NCBI GenBank assembly: GCA_043228905.1
Contig: JBHGNT010000005.1
Coordinates: forward strand, 8,432,001 to 8,496,000
Length of the DNA stretch: 64,000 nucleotides
Reading direction: 5' to 3'
Source: Azolla caroliniana
Lineage: Eukaryota > Plantae > Polypodiophyta
Shown here: piece after piece, positions 11,201 through 24,900 of the stretch
How the letters are laid out: each line of letters starts with the position of its first letter
Numbering within the stretch: the first letter of the stretch is position 1
The notes under the pieces: generated by a model
What the model saw: the letters and a program-made list of their open reading frames with translations, nothing else
The model's database searches: none
Told to the model about the DNA's origin: nothing
Program-made: the position numbers and the translations under genes

Positions 11201-13455
11201 ATTTTCAACAAGCATATCCCAACATTCATGCAAGTGTTCCTCGACGACTTTGTTGTCTATGGCCAGCGGCTGGAGCATATGACCCAGCTACGCCTCTGTC
11301 TCGAGCGATGTCGACAAGCTCAATTGAGCTTAAATTTGGCAAAATGCGCGTTCTTGGTGACAAGCGGTACTGCTCGGGCACATAATCAGCCAAGAAGGTA
11401 TCGCCATGGACCCGGATAAAGTGCATGCCATTCTGAATGCTCCCGCGCCCTCTACCGCGAAGGCTCTCAACCGATTCCTGGGCCAGATCAGATGGCATAG
11501 CCGGATGTTACGACACCTGGCCGATTTCGTGACTCCATTACACACGGTTGTGCATCGACTTCCATTTCAGTGGTCTTCAAAAGAAAACGACGCTTACCAA
11601 GCCTTGAAGTTCATGCTCTCCCACGCCCCTGTTGTACAGCCAGCAGTTTGGTCGGAACCTTTTCACGTCTTCGTAGACGCATCAGATATAGCCATAGGCA
11701 GCGCGCTTATGCAACGCACACCACCAAATTTATACCAGCTAGTGTATTACGCTAGCCGACGACTCTCGGCCGCAGAAAGAACTACTCAACAACGGAACGC
11801 GAGGCCCTCCGTATGGTCTACAACATCAACAAGTTCCGGCATTACCTCTTGGGCCAGAAGTTCACATTCCATGTTGATCACTCGGCTCTCCTCTACTTGG
11901 TTGATAAGTAGGCTCTTATAGGTCACCTGGCCCAATGGATGCTCTTGCTACAAGAGTTTGATTTTCAGATCCAGCACCGGCCCAGAATCCAACACGCCGT
12001 AGCTGACTACCGGAGCCGTCTCGAGTCAGGAGAACCAACCGCATCCACGTACGATGATCTACCCGACGCCGCCCTTTTTAGTCTCGCAACGGTGCCAAAC
12101 GAATAGGAAGATGAATGGCTCACGGAGATGACCCATTTTCTTAGCACCGGCCTTCCTCCCGACCACTTGACCCTCGACACTCGGAAACGACTAGCGGTTA
12201 GGAGCCAAAACTTTTGTTTGGTCTCCGACACCCTCTACCACAAAGGCTCGAACGACAACTGGCGCCGTGCAATCCGTCAATTCGAGAAACACGCAATCCT
12301 CCAGGAGGCACATTATGGAATCTCGGGGGGACCTTACGCTGGAGAAGCCACGACAAGAAAAATATGGCAAAGTGGCTTATGGTGGCCCACAACTAAAAAA
12401 GATGCTCATGAATTCTATCGACAGTGCGATCTGTGTCAACGCATGGGACAACCGACCGGGCAAGCCCGGATGCTGCACCAACCCATTCTTCCGTTAGAGT
12501 CATTTCAAAAGTGGGGGTTAGATTTTGTGGGACCTTTCAAACTAGTCGCGGCCTGCACCGGTAACAAATACATAATATTGGCCACGGGCTATTGCACAAA
12601 ATGGGTCGAGGCTAAGGCACTGAGGGACAACACAGCTGCATCCACGGCAAAATTCGTATACAAACATCTATGGTGCCGATATGGATGCCCAATCGAGCTC
12701 ATTAGTGACCAAGGCGGGCATTTTATAAACCACATAATTCGCGAGCTCACTACACAATACGTGGTCGTACATAAGAAAAGTCACCATACTATCCTCAGGC
12801 AAACGGATTGGTGGAGTCTACTAATAAAATTTTGCAAACAATCCTGAAAAAGATCATTGATGAGAACCGCATCGATTGGGATGACAAGCTCTAGAGTGCA
12901 TTATGGGTGTATCGCACCACATTTAAAACTAGCATTCAATCTACACCCTTTCAGATGGCCTTTGGTTTGGAAGCAGTCATGCCGATCGAGTTCCAAGTTC
13001 TGAATCTCCAAGTTCAGGTTAAGGAAAGGCTACCCGAGGCCCAATCAGAGTAATATCGGCTCGAACAACTCCTCGAACTCGGCGAACATCGAGTGACCAG
13101 CATGGCTCAACTGGAACAACGCCAACGACAACGCAAAGCCTTTGTCGATCGTCACCGGAAAGGTACGGAGACAAAACTGATCATCGGCAAACTGGTACTA
13201 GTCTTCCAAACATGACTCGGTGCTATGCTGGGGAAATTACGATTCCGGTGGACAGGCCCCTTCTGGATAATTGACGAGTTTAACGGCACATTCCAACTCG
13301 GCACACTTGCCGGAGACATCATCAAAAGCTGGGTAAATGGATTCCGACGTCGACCTTACCATGGAACTACCCCAAATAATCCATTCGCCAAGTCCCACGG
13401 CACAGACCAGTGCACGGATGACGTCACGAAGGAGGCCACGTGTCCCCCTCGGTAA
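8280..13455 (+). pseudogene. Disrupted Gypsy gag-pol of B
   Basis: Gag with CCHC knuckles, protease IIDGGSGVN, RT SFLDGFSGYNQI/VFLDDF, RH VFVDASDIAIG, INT WGLDFVGPF/SDQG and GPF motif. Many stops and frameshifts. Confidence 0.92.
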
Positions 13456-13971
13456 AATAATGACCTATCCACCAAATGTATATAGTAGGAATGGTTTTTA
13501 GCAGTTAAATTAGCCTTACCTAAAACTACCTAACTAACCACCCCTTATCACGACATTTTCTTAGGCGCACCAACTATTCACCTTCACTTTAAAATAGAAT
13601 ATTTAAGGAGCATGCACACCAGACATAGCAATCCTGGGATGTGTGGCCATAATACCTTATTATGGTAGCCACAACCAAGAATCGAAAGGATCTTCTTCCT
13701 GCACAAAACCCTAGGCAGTCACATAAAAGAAACTACCCAACACACAACGCGCCCATTCACACAGAAGCATTCTTGCCTTCACCGCCTTCAAGCTCCCAAG
13801 CTCTCTCTTGGTCTAATCGCTCCTACAAACAGGCCTCCTCTCGCCCGCGTAGTCCCTGCACAGAACAACGGTGTCCTCCCCAACCATCTTCTTCCATCTC
13901 TCTGTCTCACCCTCGTCTCCTCACTTCCCCTCACGCCCCCTGTCAGCAAACCTTCGATTCCACCATGCCTC

Positions 13972-15530
13972 TTGCAACATCGTAGGAAACCCGTTCTTGG
14001 CTACAACAACGAGGACTGGGCGGGTACTTACGAGTCATCGACCCCAGCGCACCCGAACGCCCCAGCAATAACACGCAGAATCCACCCTGACACCGTAACC
14101 AACAACATGATTCATGTTGCTCTGGACCTTGTGCGAGGTGGGGAACATGAGGTCGAAATCCCTCCCCACTCGACCCTCAAGGAATATTTTGGGATGTATT
14201 CGATGTCAGGAAAAGTTTACCGCACATACGGAGGGCCAAACAAGGCTTTTGGGGAGATCGCCCTGATTTTGATGGAATATGCATTTGTGCATACAAATCC
14301 CACGAGTATGCCACATAATAAAGCTGCCATCCTCATCAGAGCATACGAAGGCGACAAAATCAATTGGGGAATCATCACCGGTGAAGGAGTCCGTGCGGCG
14401 CTCAAATATTTTCAAACCGATAAGCGATTGTTGCCTGTGATTAATCATTTCCTCACAGTCCTCTACCCACCTCCTTCGGTTTCCCCTTGTCACATCCTGA
14501 CCTCCCCACCACCACCACGGAAACAATGGGAGAAGATTTTGGCGTTAACCCAGGAAGAATGGGAAGACCCCTCGCCTTCTCCACCTCCCTCGGCCGTTCG
14601 GAACCCTACTTCCGCCTCGGCACCACCCCCACCAAAAACACAGAAGCAACGGGCATTAACAACGACCCGTGTCAAATGGAATGAGGCCGAGGAGCCCATC
14701 ACTGAGGATGTCACCATACAACAGAAGCCACCAAGGAAATCGATGCCCTCTCCACAACCGAGCCCACGCTCCACAAACCAGCAGCCCTCGGGATACAGCA
14801 ACAAAAGAGGAAACAAACTGAGGAGCCAACACCACCAGCCCCGGACTCACAAGATCAGCCGCAAAAGAGACGCCGCATCAAGCGAGAGTCAACCACAGAA
14901 ACCGAAGGTACCTAGCATCAGAAATCAAAAGAGGCCAGCACGACCTCCACGACCATGGTACTAGTGGAGTCATGGTTCCAAGTCAGATATCAGAGGAGGA
15001 AGTCCTTGGTTACACAGATCTTCCCGCGGAGGCATACGAGTTCAGTGCACTACTTCGGCTGGGCACAACATATGAGTTAATGGATTTCCTCGCGCACGCC
15101 CAAGTAGTTGCCGCTGCTCGTATGGCCAAGGAGCACGCAGAAACAAAGATGATCTAACACGCTCTAATGGGAGAAATTGGACCTCACGAGGATCGACCCT
15201 TACAAAAGATAGGGCAGAAGAAGCAAGCACAGAATACTTCCCTCCTCATGGAGTTACCAGATCTGAACACGGCCTTACTCGAGGCATATCGCAATTTGCA
15301 CCACACAACTCGGGCAGCCAAGGACATGACCCAACATGTCAAAACGACACAACAACAAGCCAAACGGGCCACCGAGCTATGGCAAACCGCCGAGCAGAAA
15401 CTAGCATCATTAGAGCAGCAACATCAAGAACAACCGCTCTTAAGCCTCACTACCTCGAGTAACGATGTCCCACTAGCCCCTCTTCCACACCCGAGCCAGA
15501 TCTGAACACAGCCTTAGTCGAGACATATTG
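13972..15530 (+). pseudogene. Extra 3' ORF of B, part 1 (globular domain, Pro-rich linker, coiled coil)
   Basis: A 330-aa ORF plus following fragments, sense strand, downstream of INT. The true start is uncertain. Confidence 0.6.
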
Positions 15531-15972
15531 CGTAAAAAGTAGCATGCGGAAGAGAGTGTGAAGACCGAACAGAGGGAATAAAACTCAGGTTTAATGGAGA
15601 GTTTGAGCTTACGCAGTATACGCGGGAGAGACAGAGGGAGTGAGAGAGAGAAAACACAAGAACTATATTCAACCTCTATTCACGACTCTATACATATGTG
15701 TGTTCAATGAACACTTTTATACAAGTCCTAGAAGGACTGACAGAAGTACTGACAGTACATCAATGCTCATTGAGAGCTCCTACACTAACTCCCAAATATA
15801 TTCCTCACGGAATATCTTTCCTAACGGCCTCTCGGTTTACACACCGATCCGGCCCTACCTACGCACCGGTCTGCGTACCGGTTTACGCATTCGGCCTAAC
15901 CGATCGGTCCCAACCGATCCAGTCCTCGGCTTCTTCAGCCGATCCGGCCGATGTTGAGCTTGTCTCTCAAGA
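15531..15972 (-). repeat. 3' LTR of element E
   Basis: Aligns without gaps to 31420-31861, about 19 mismatches by eye. Confidence 0.93.
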
Positions 15973-16203
15973 CTCCCCCTCAAGCTCAACTTGAGGCTCT
16001 TCTGGATCTTCGGGCTCACAGCTCCGGTTCCTCCTGGCTTCACGCCTCGCTCGCGCTCCTCGACCTGTTCGACTCGGCGCGCTTCGACCCTTCCGATCGG
16101 CTTGTCTGCTCATTTGGCCATTATCAGCTCTTCTGCTATTGCGGTGTTGACGCTTCTCCTGCTGCCTTTTCTTCCGCTTGGGCCTCGGTTGATTCAGTGT
16201 ATC

Positions 16204-19200
16204 TTAATCAAACATCCGAACTGACTCGGCTACCTCCGATCGGTTTTCGCTCTCGTCCGAGTTGGTTGTCTCCAACTTGTCTTCGGTCTTCTCGCCCTCG
16301 ATGGCGTCATCTTCCCAATGCGTGGTTGGCTTCGGCTTTCTCCTTCGACTGCTCCCCTTTTGTCCACTTCCGGACTTTTCCGCGGGTCTGCCCTCGGCTT
16401 CTTCAGCCGATCCGAGGTCGAACTCGACAACTGAGTCAACCGACTCGGTGTTGCGGTCTCCACTACTTTCCTGCTGTCTTGCTTGGTCGTTCGGGACTGT
16501 TCTCCCCCTCAAGTTAGGCACGCCAAGGTGACGCAATCCGAGTGCACCTGAGAATTGCCGCAACTTGTCCAGACCAAGAGGCTTGGTGAAGATGTCGGCA
16601 GTTTGCCGATCCGTCGGAATGTACTGAAGTTCGACTTCACCGGAAAGGACACGCTCATGGACAAAATGGTAGTGCACCTCAATGTGCTTGGTCCGTGCGT
16701 GGAAAACGGGGTTTTTCGCGAGCTGGATGCTGCTGAGGTTGTCGCAGTAGATCGTCGTCGGATCTGACACCTCCTCTTGCAGGTCCTTAAGTAGCCGCTT
16801 CAACCATATGGCTTTGTATGTCGCGACAGCCGCTCCTCGGTACTTAGCTTCGGTGTTCGACAACGCAACTGTCGGCTGCTTCTTACTGCTCCACGTGATC
16901 GCGGCACACCCGAGGGAGAACGCGTATCCGGACGTGGATCGGCGATCGGCGGCGTTGCCAGCCCAATCAGCGTCGATGTAGTCGACTAACTGCGCGGCTG
17001 CACCGGTCCGATATAGCAGTCCCCGGTCCTTAGTGCCGTTGACATACCGAAGTATGCGTTCCGCACACTGAAGGTGCTCCTCGGTAGGTCGCGCCATGAA
17101 TTGACTGATCACTCCGACCGGGTAACTGAGGTTGGGTCGGGTGATGGTCAAGTATATGAGGCTTCTGACAATTTGTCGGAACCTCGTCGCGTCGCATACC
17201 TTTCCCGTATCGGGACGAAGCTTGACGGTTCTGTCTAGAGGAGTCGAGACGGACTTACAGTCGGCCATCCCGAATTTGAAGAGCATACTCAACACGTAAT
17301 GACGTTGGCTGATCAATATGCCTTCGGGGGTACGGATCACTTCGATCCCGAGGAAGTAATGAAGGTCCCCCAGATCCTTCATGTCGAAAAATGCCGCAAG
17401 CTGGAGCTTCATGCGGTCGATTTCACCTAGGTCAGCGCCGGTGATGACCAAGTCATCAACATATAGTAAAATACTAATCGGTCCGAGTCGACCTTCCCAG
17501 ATGAACAAGGAAGAGTCCGATTTTGACGTGACGAAGCCCATCCGACGCAGTTGTTGCGTGATCTTCGCGTTCTAGGCACGCGGGGCTTGCTTCAGTCCGT
17601 AAAGGGACTTCTTCAGTCGGCATACTACCGAGGAGTTTGTTCCAGAGTGAAATCCAGGGGGCTGTACCATGTACACTTGTTCCTCAAGGTCACCTTGCAG
17701 GAATGCATTCTTTACATCCATCTGATGTAAGTGCCACCCCTTCACCGCAGCTACTGCGAGCAAAACACGGACGGTCGTCATTTTCACGACCGGCGCAAAC
17801 GTCTCATCGTAGTCCTTTGCGTGTAGCCCTTTGCCACTAGTCGTGCCTTGTACTGGTTGACCGAGCCATTGGTGTTGTACTTGACCTTGTACACCCACCT
17901 ACACCCGATCGGCTTCACACCCTTCGGTGCGTCAACCAGGTCCCAGGTCTCGTACTCCGCCAATGCGTGCATCTCTTCCTCCATCGCGGCGCGCCAATTC
18001 GCGTCCTTCGCCGCTTTTGCGTAGCTCTCCGGCTCACGCACTTCCGCTATACGAGTCATGTACGCATAATGATGCGCCATGTACTCGTTGTACCAGAACC
18101 GCAAAACAGGGTTCTTCTGGTGTGTAGATCGGCGTAATCTCACATCAGCCGATGTCGAGGCCTTCTCGGTCGACGCGGACTTCACCTTTAAAGTCCCGTC
18201 ACCAGTTCCCTCGGAGTCGGACTCGCGTCAGTCTGACTCGTTCCTATCCGTGCCGGAATCCGACACCTTCTTCTTCCCTTTCTCTTTGCGCATAAGCCAT
18301 CTCCTCGGCTTCCTACGCGGGGAATGCACGGCCGAGTCTCCACTACTCGCCGGCTCTTCATCGGATTGGTCGTACCGACTCAATCGTCCAATCGGTCCAC
18401 TTAAACGGATTGAAATCGGACTCTCTTCGCGGGTCTCGATTTCGGGCTCCTCCGGAGGCACCTCGGCCTCGCTGACCTCATCGTCAGAACTCGGATTGGA
18501 GTCGGGGTTCGGAGTCGGGGGCTGGTACCAGGACGCGGACTCGTCAAACACAACGTCGCGGCTAACATGCGCTTGTTTGGTGCGAGGGTTATAGCACTTA
18601 TAACCCTTCTGCTCGTCCGAGTAACCGACCAAGATACATTTCTTGGCCTTTGCGTCCAGCTTCCTCCTTTTCTCCTTCGGTACATGCACATACGCAATGC
18701 TACCGAACACCCTCAAGTGTCGCAAGTTCGGCTTCGTTCCGAAATATAGTTCGTGCGCCGACACTTTGTCTCCGATCCGGTTTTGGATGTATACCGTGGT
18801 CCTTACCGCCTCGGCCCAGCAGAACTTGGGCAAGCTCTTCTCCTCCAGCATGGCCCGTGCCGCTTCCACAACTGACCGATTCTTCCTCTCGGCCACGCGG
18901 TTCTGCTCCGACGTGTATCTACAACTGAATTCGCGTCGAATTCCCATTTGTTGTAGATAACCGTTGAATTGACCAGAAAAGTACTCTTTCCCGCCATCCG
19001 ACCGCTGGCACTTGATCTTTTGTCCCGTTTTCGTTTCCACGAACCCTTTGAGGTCCCGGAAACAGTCGAAGACTTCGCTCTTCCTCTCAATGAGGTAGAT
19101 CCACGTGTGCCGCGTGTGGTCGTCGATGAAGGAGACGAAATATCGGCTCTCGCCAAGACTAACCTTTTGTGTCGGCCCCCATTTATCGGAGTGTATAAGG

Positions 19201-20734
19201 TCAAGCTTGTTCCGGCTCCGGTTTCGCTCGTTGGGGAAAGGAAGTCGGTGTTGCTTCGTGAGCTGGCAGGCTTTACAAATTTGTGCCTTTCAACCACTAA
19301 ATTTGGGCAATCCGAACACTACCTGTTTCGATTGCAGATCTTGAAGCCACTAATAGTTGACGTGGCCTATCCGCTTGTGCCACAAGTCGATGTCCGACTC
19401 GGATTTTTGCCCCTTCGCGAACATTGCGGTGCCGCCGTCAGTGGAGTTGAGGATGAACATCCTCCCGTCTCTGCGCCCTTGTGCAATCACACGGCCTTCT
19501 TCCTCAATGAAGCACCCGAGGTGTGTAAACCGAACCTCCATCCCTTGGTCGACGATCTATCCGACCGAGACCAAGTTCTTCGTATTGTCGGAATGTGCAG
19601 CACGTTCATGAGTTTCCCTTTCTGCCCGACATGGCTAAGGGGAACTTCTCCGACATTCGCGATCGGATGTGGAGTGTCGTCTCCAGTTGCGACTAATCCA
19701 GGTTGTATCGGTTTTTCAAGGTACGAGAACCACTCCTTATGGCTCGTCATGTGGTTTGACGCGCCGGAGTCTACGTACCACACCTCGTCCGATCTCGGGG
19801 TGTTCCATTTCATTGAGTTTGCTTCGTGTCTCGTCACGAAGGCAGACCCTTCTCCGGCTCTCCCGGAGTCTTTGGCGTAGTGCGATCGCTGCTGATTTCC
19901 CTTGTCAGTATGTCCGGAGCCGTTTCCGGAACCGGTTCTCTCCGAATCGGCGCGCTTCTTCCAGCACTCACTTTCCCTGTGGCCTTTCTTGCCACAGTAC
20001 CAACACTCGGCGATGGCCTTCCCTTGCCGGTTCTCATCGCTTCGACTCCCCCTGTTTCTGGAGGGTTCGGAGTTGCTGTCGGCATCACTTCGGTGCCTTC
20101 TTCCTTGATCTCGTTGGCCGCCTCCATTGCGCGCCGACTCGCCTCGTCCTCCACGTCCACGGGGCCTATCTCCCTCCATGTACAACATTCTACTGTCGGT
20201 GTGCGTGCTTGTAGACGCACCCGCGTGGTTCTCCTCTACCAGGAGCATTGACTGTAAATCGAAAAAGGACGGCGTATTCTCCTGGGTACACACAGCCGTT
20301 CGGAACGCTCCGAACTTCGACACCAAACCTCCGAGACAGATCTGGACCATCTCACTCTCCTCGATGTTCACCTCTATGGAGGCGAGGGAGTCGCAGATAT
20401 CCTTGATCTTCGAGGTATAGTCCGCCACCGACAAGTCGCGTTGTCGTAGGTTGCTCAACTCCTGTCGGACCTGAAGCTTCCTGGCTATGGTGCTCGTGGC
20501 GAAAATCTTCTTCAGATTTTCCCACGCACCCTTCGGCGTCTTTACATCCCGAACATAGCTCAATAGCTATTCCCCCACACATGACGCGAAGCAGTATAAT
20601 ACCCTGCTCACCGATTGCTCCCACGACGGGAAGTCTTTGTGTGTCGATTCGGGTGTCGCGTCATTAGCTCCTTCGCCATAACTCCAGTAGCCGTGCCCGA
20701 GCAGGTACTGGTGCATCTTGTAGGACCAAGACGC
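16204..20734 (-). pseudogene. Disrupted gag-pol of E (N-terminal codons lie at 31291-31347)
   Basis: MDRGMVSSLPTEKLDRTNYA|SWSYKMHQYLLGHG is split by C. Also CWYCGKKGHRESEC, WYVDSGASNH, RSDGGKEY, LLYVDDL and ADIFTKPL. Confidence 0.93.
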
Positions 20735-21169
20735 TGTCGTGAAGAATTTCGGCCAGAGGCGGAAACCGGGAAACATTGGCTACATCGGCGGGGTGTAGCG
20801 TGTGTACGCACCCATGTACATTTAGGGTGAATAACGAGGGCTCCTTTATCACGCCGAAGAGTAGTCAAGTCGGGACAGACGATGCCATGTAAGTCGAGAT
20901 TTATCCCACATTGTAACGCATCCCTCTCCTTGTTCTATAAAAGGAAGGGAACGCCCTTTGTGAAAAGGGTTGCCCATTTTGCATTAGAGTGTATACCGTT
21001 AGGTTTAGAGTTAGTTTCTGCTTCTTGTTCTTCTTCTTCTCCCCCTTCGTGTTCGCTTAGGGTTTGCTTCAGCTCATCTCCTACGCAAGACCCCGCTCGG
21101 CGCGACGAGCCCGTGAGCTCCCCGACCGGCGGCTTGGCAGCTGGCGACTACTGTAACCTACCTTGGTCC

Positions 21170-21927
21170 TGTTGGGATTTTCGGTCCCTCCGGATGGGAT
21201 GTCCGGATATGAATGACGGCAAGCCCGGTTACGGTTACGGAACCGGATGAAGATACAGGCCCGGTGAGCGCACTCTCCGGATATGAAGAGTACCCGGCTA
21301 CGGAGCCGGATGACGGAGCCCCGGCTACGGAGCCGGATGATGAAGACCCCGGCTACGGAGCCGGATGACGAAGACCCGGCTACGGAGCCGGATGATGAAG
21401 ACCCCGGCTACGGAGCCGGATGACGAAGACCCGGCTACGGAGCCGGATGATGAATGTACCCAGAGAGAGATCCGGATGCGGGGACATATTTATAAATATG
21501 TTTGCCAAGGGCCCTTGAGGCTATATGTGTAAATAGTCCGAAAGTCATATGTGTATAAATATGACTTAGGGCAAACAGTTTAAGTTGTTGCTCATATTTT
21601 TTTCTGTTTTCACTTAGAGAGAGTGAAGAGAGCAGCCGAGAGAGAGAGAGAGAGAGAGAGAGACGAGGAGGTCGTTGCCTCTGTGTATTACCGCCGCTTG
21701 TGGCGAAGATAGTGAGCTCAAGGTTGTTGCCTTGAAGCTTCACCATTGTACATCTCTGTTCATAGTGATAGTTGGAGTTTGAGAACTCCCGTGGTTTTTC
21801 CCATTTAGGGTTTTCCACGTAAAATATCCTGTGTACTCTTCTCTCTACTGTCTTCGGGTACTTTGTATTTCCTATTCTCTGTGAGTTAATCCTACTTATC
21901 GGTTGTGGCCGAGCACCGTGTGCAACA
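21170..21927 (+). repeat. 5' LTR of D, with six ~27-bp repeats CCGGCTACGGAGCCGGATGA (21293-21454)
   Basis: TG...CA termini, matches 26043-26800. Confidence 0.97.
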
Positions 21928-21930
21928 AAG

Positions 21931-21942
21931 TGGTATCAGAGC
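21931..21942 (+). promoter_or_regulatory. PBS of D (initiator tRNA-Met)
   Basis: TGGTATCAGAGC 3 nt after the LTR. Confidence 0.96.
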
Positions 21943-21958
21943 GACGGTAACACAGAAA

Positions 21959-24900
21959 ATGGAAGGCGGCGGCAGCGGGCAGCCGGGGATGATGGTGCTG
22001 AATGCGCAGAATTACGCCGACTGGAAGATCAAGATGGAGGATCTTCTTATTGTTCGGGACCTGTACGAACCGATTGACAGGTCGGAAATACCGAAGGGGG
22101 TACTTGAGTCGGAATGGAGGCTTCTGAACCGGAAAGCCGTTGCAACCATTCGGCAATACGTCGATGTAAGTGTTCTGCAACATGTGGCGAACGACACCAA
22201 CGCATACGAGATGTGGCGGAAGCTGTCGGGCCTCTACGAGAGGAAGAATGCGTTGAACCGGACCTCCCTGATGAGGAAGATTGTGAACCTCAAGTACCGG
22301 GACGGCGAGAGTATGGTGGAACACGTAAACACGTTTATGGGATTCGTGAACCAGCTTGCGGCGATCAAGTTCCCGCTGGAGGATGCAATGCAAGCCATCA
22401 TTCTGATGTGTACATTGCCGGAAAGTTGGGAGAACTTGGTGGTGACTCTCAGCACCTCCTGCACCGAAGATAACTTGTCTTTACAAACGGTAAAGACAAG
22501 TATTTTGAACGAAGAAGCGCGTCGGAGAGATAAAGAACCGGCCTCCGACTCGAAGGCGCTGCTTACCGAATCGGAACGGGGAAGACAATGGAACCGGAGT
22601 CCGCAAAGACGGGAGAAGTCGGGGACCCGGTCGCAGTCAAGAGGAAGACCCACATGCTTCCACTGTGGGAAGCCGGGGCACTTCCGGAAGAATTGTCGGC
22701 ATTACCGAAAAGACAACGGAGCCGACGACACCGATTCGAAGAAGTCACCGGAGCGAAACGGTGCATACCGGGGAGCCACGGACCGGAGAGGTTCGGATCG
22801 GCGAGGGCAGGACCGGAAAGGAACGACGGCACTCGCGGCAAGTGAAGAGGAGATCATGCTCATTACCGAAGAGAGGGAGCTGAACCTTGCCGGAGAAGAG
22901 ATGACCTGGGTGGTCGATTCCGGAGCGTCGTTCCACCTGACCCCGGAGAAGAAATACTTCTCATCCTACACAGCCGGTGAGCATGGCTGTGTCCGGATGG
23001 GAAATGAAGGTACGTGCCGGATTGCCGGCATAGGAGACGTGTGGCTGATGACATCAACCGGTTGCAAGATGCTGCTGAAGGATGTCCGGCACGTTCCGGA
23101 GGTTCGATTGAACCTGATTTCGGCCGGGAGGCTAGACGATGAAGGCTACACGGGTAGCATCCGGAACGGTGTCATGAAGTTCAGCAAAGGGAGCCTGATA
23201 GTGGCTCGGGCCCGGAAGGTCAACACACTGTACCTTATGAATGCCCGGTTGTGTCCGGAAGAGTTGAACGTGGCAGCCGACACTGCCGGTGAGCTGTGGC
23301 ACAAGAGACTGTGCCACATGAGTGAGAAGGGGATGAAGAGGCTTGCAGAAGACAACCTCATTCCGGTGAAGCATGTGCACCTGGAGAAGTGCACCGATTG
23401 CCTGGCCGGTAAACAGAACCGAACCTCCTTCCACTCAAGGCCACCGACGAGACGTAGTGCACCATTGGAGTTGGTGCACACTGATGTGTGTCAGGTAGAA
23501 ACGAAGTCACATGGCGGAGCCCAGTACTTCGTAACATTCATAGATGACCACAGCCGGAAGCTGTGGACGGCACCGTTGAAGACAAAGGATCAAGTATTGT
23601 CCGTCTTCAAAGATCTCCACGCAAGAGTGGAAAGAGAATCCGGCAAGAAGCTGAAAGCGATACGAGCGGATAACGGAGGGGAATACCGGGGGCAGTTCCA
23701 GGAGTACTGTCGCTCAAAGGGAATCCGGCTCGAGTTTACTGTGCCGAAGACGCCGGAACTAAACGGGCTGGCCGAGAGGATGAACCGGACCATAATGGAG
23801 AGGGTCCGGAGTATGCTGGCGCATGCGAAATTACCCAAGGGGTTTTGGGCTGAGGCAATGTCGACGGCGACATACGTGATAAACAGATCACCCTCAGTAC
23901 CTTTGGACGGGGACACGCCGCAGAAAGTGTGGACCGGTAAGGAAGTGTCCTACCGGCACCTGAAGGTGTTCGGGTGTCTCGCATACGTGCATGTGGCAAA
24001 GGACCGGAGAGGAAAGCTAGATCCAAAGACCCGGCCATGCATATTCCTCGGTTACGGCGATGACGAGTTCGGCTACCGAGTATGGGACCCGGTCGACAGG
24101 AAGATATTCAGGAGTCGAGATATCATCTTCATGGAGGACAAGACACTCGCCGACTGGGAGTCGGAGAAGAAGATGAAGAGCTCCAAGTCGACCGGTGAGG
24201 ATCAACTCTACGAGGAGCAGTCCCGACCGGCAAGGGACCGGTTAACACTCGAAGATCCGGCCGAAGACGGTGAAGAAACAGAACCGGCCGAAGAAGATGA
24301 AAATGATACCGGAACCGGCCCCGATCCCGAAATGGATTCGGATGAAGAAGAATCGGAAGAACCGGTTACCGAAGCTCCGGAACGGAGATATCCTCTAAGA
24401 GAGAGAAGGGCCCCCCGGAGATTTCCGGAACCAGAGCACGTGCTGCTAACCGACGAGGGGGAGCCGGAGAGCTTTGAAGAAGCGAAGCATGACACCCATA
24501 GCCGCAGGTGGCTAAGTGCCATGCAGGAGGAGATGGATTCCCTGCATGAGAACCACACATATGAACTTGTGGAGTTGCCGAAAGGAAAACGGGCACTCCG
24601 TAACAAGTGGGTGTTCAAGCTGAAACCGGGAGATGCCGGAAACCCCCCGAGATACAAAGCCAGGATCGTGGTGAAGGGGTTCCAGCAGAAGAAGGGCGTC
24701 GACTTCGACGAGATATTTGCCCCGGTAGTGAGGATGACCTCCATCCGGACGATGCTGAGCATAGCGGCAAGCATGGACCTCGAGGTAGAACAGATGGACG
24801 TGAAGACGGCATTCCTTCACGGTGACCTCGAAGAAGAGATCTACATGCAGCAACCGGAAGGATTCGAGAAGAAAGGGAAGGAGCACTTGGTATGCCGGTT

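Noticed and set aside
18969-20420. Long plus-strand ORFs over element E
   Set aside because: Antisense shadows of the minus-strand gag-pol.
21905-21958. N-terminal extension of the D ORF in the supplied track
   Set aside because: It starts at a non-ATG codon inside the LTR. The ATG at 21959 follows the PBS and matches element A.
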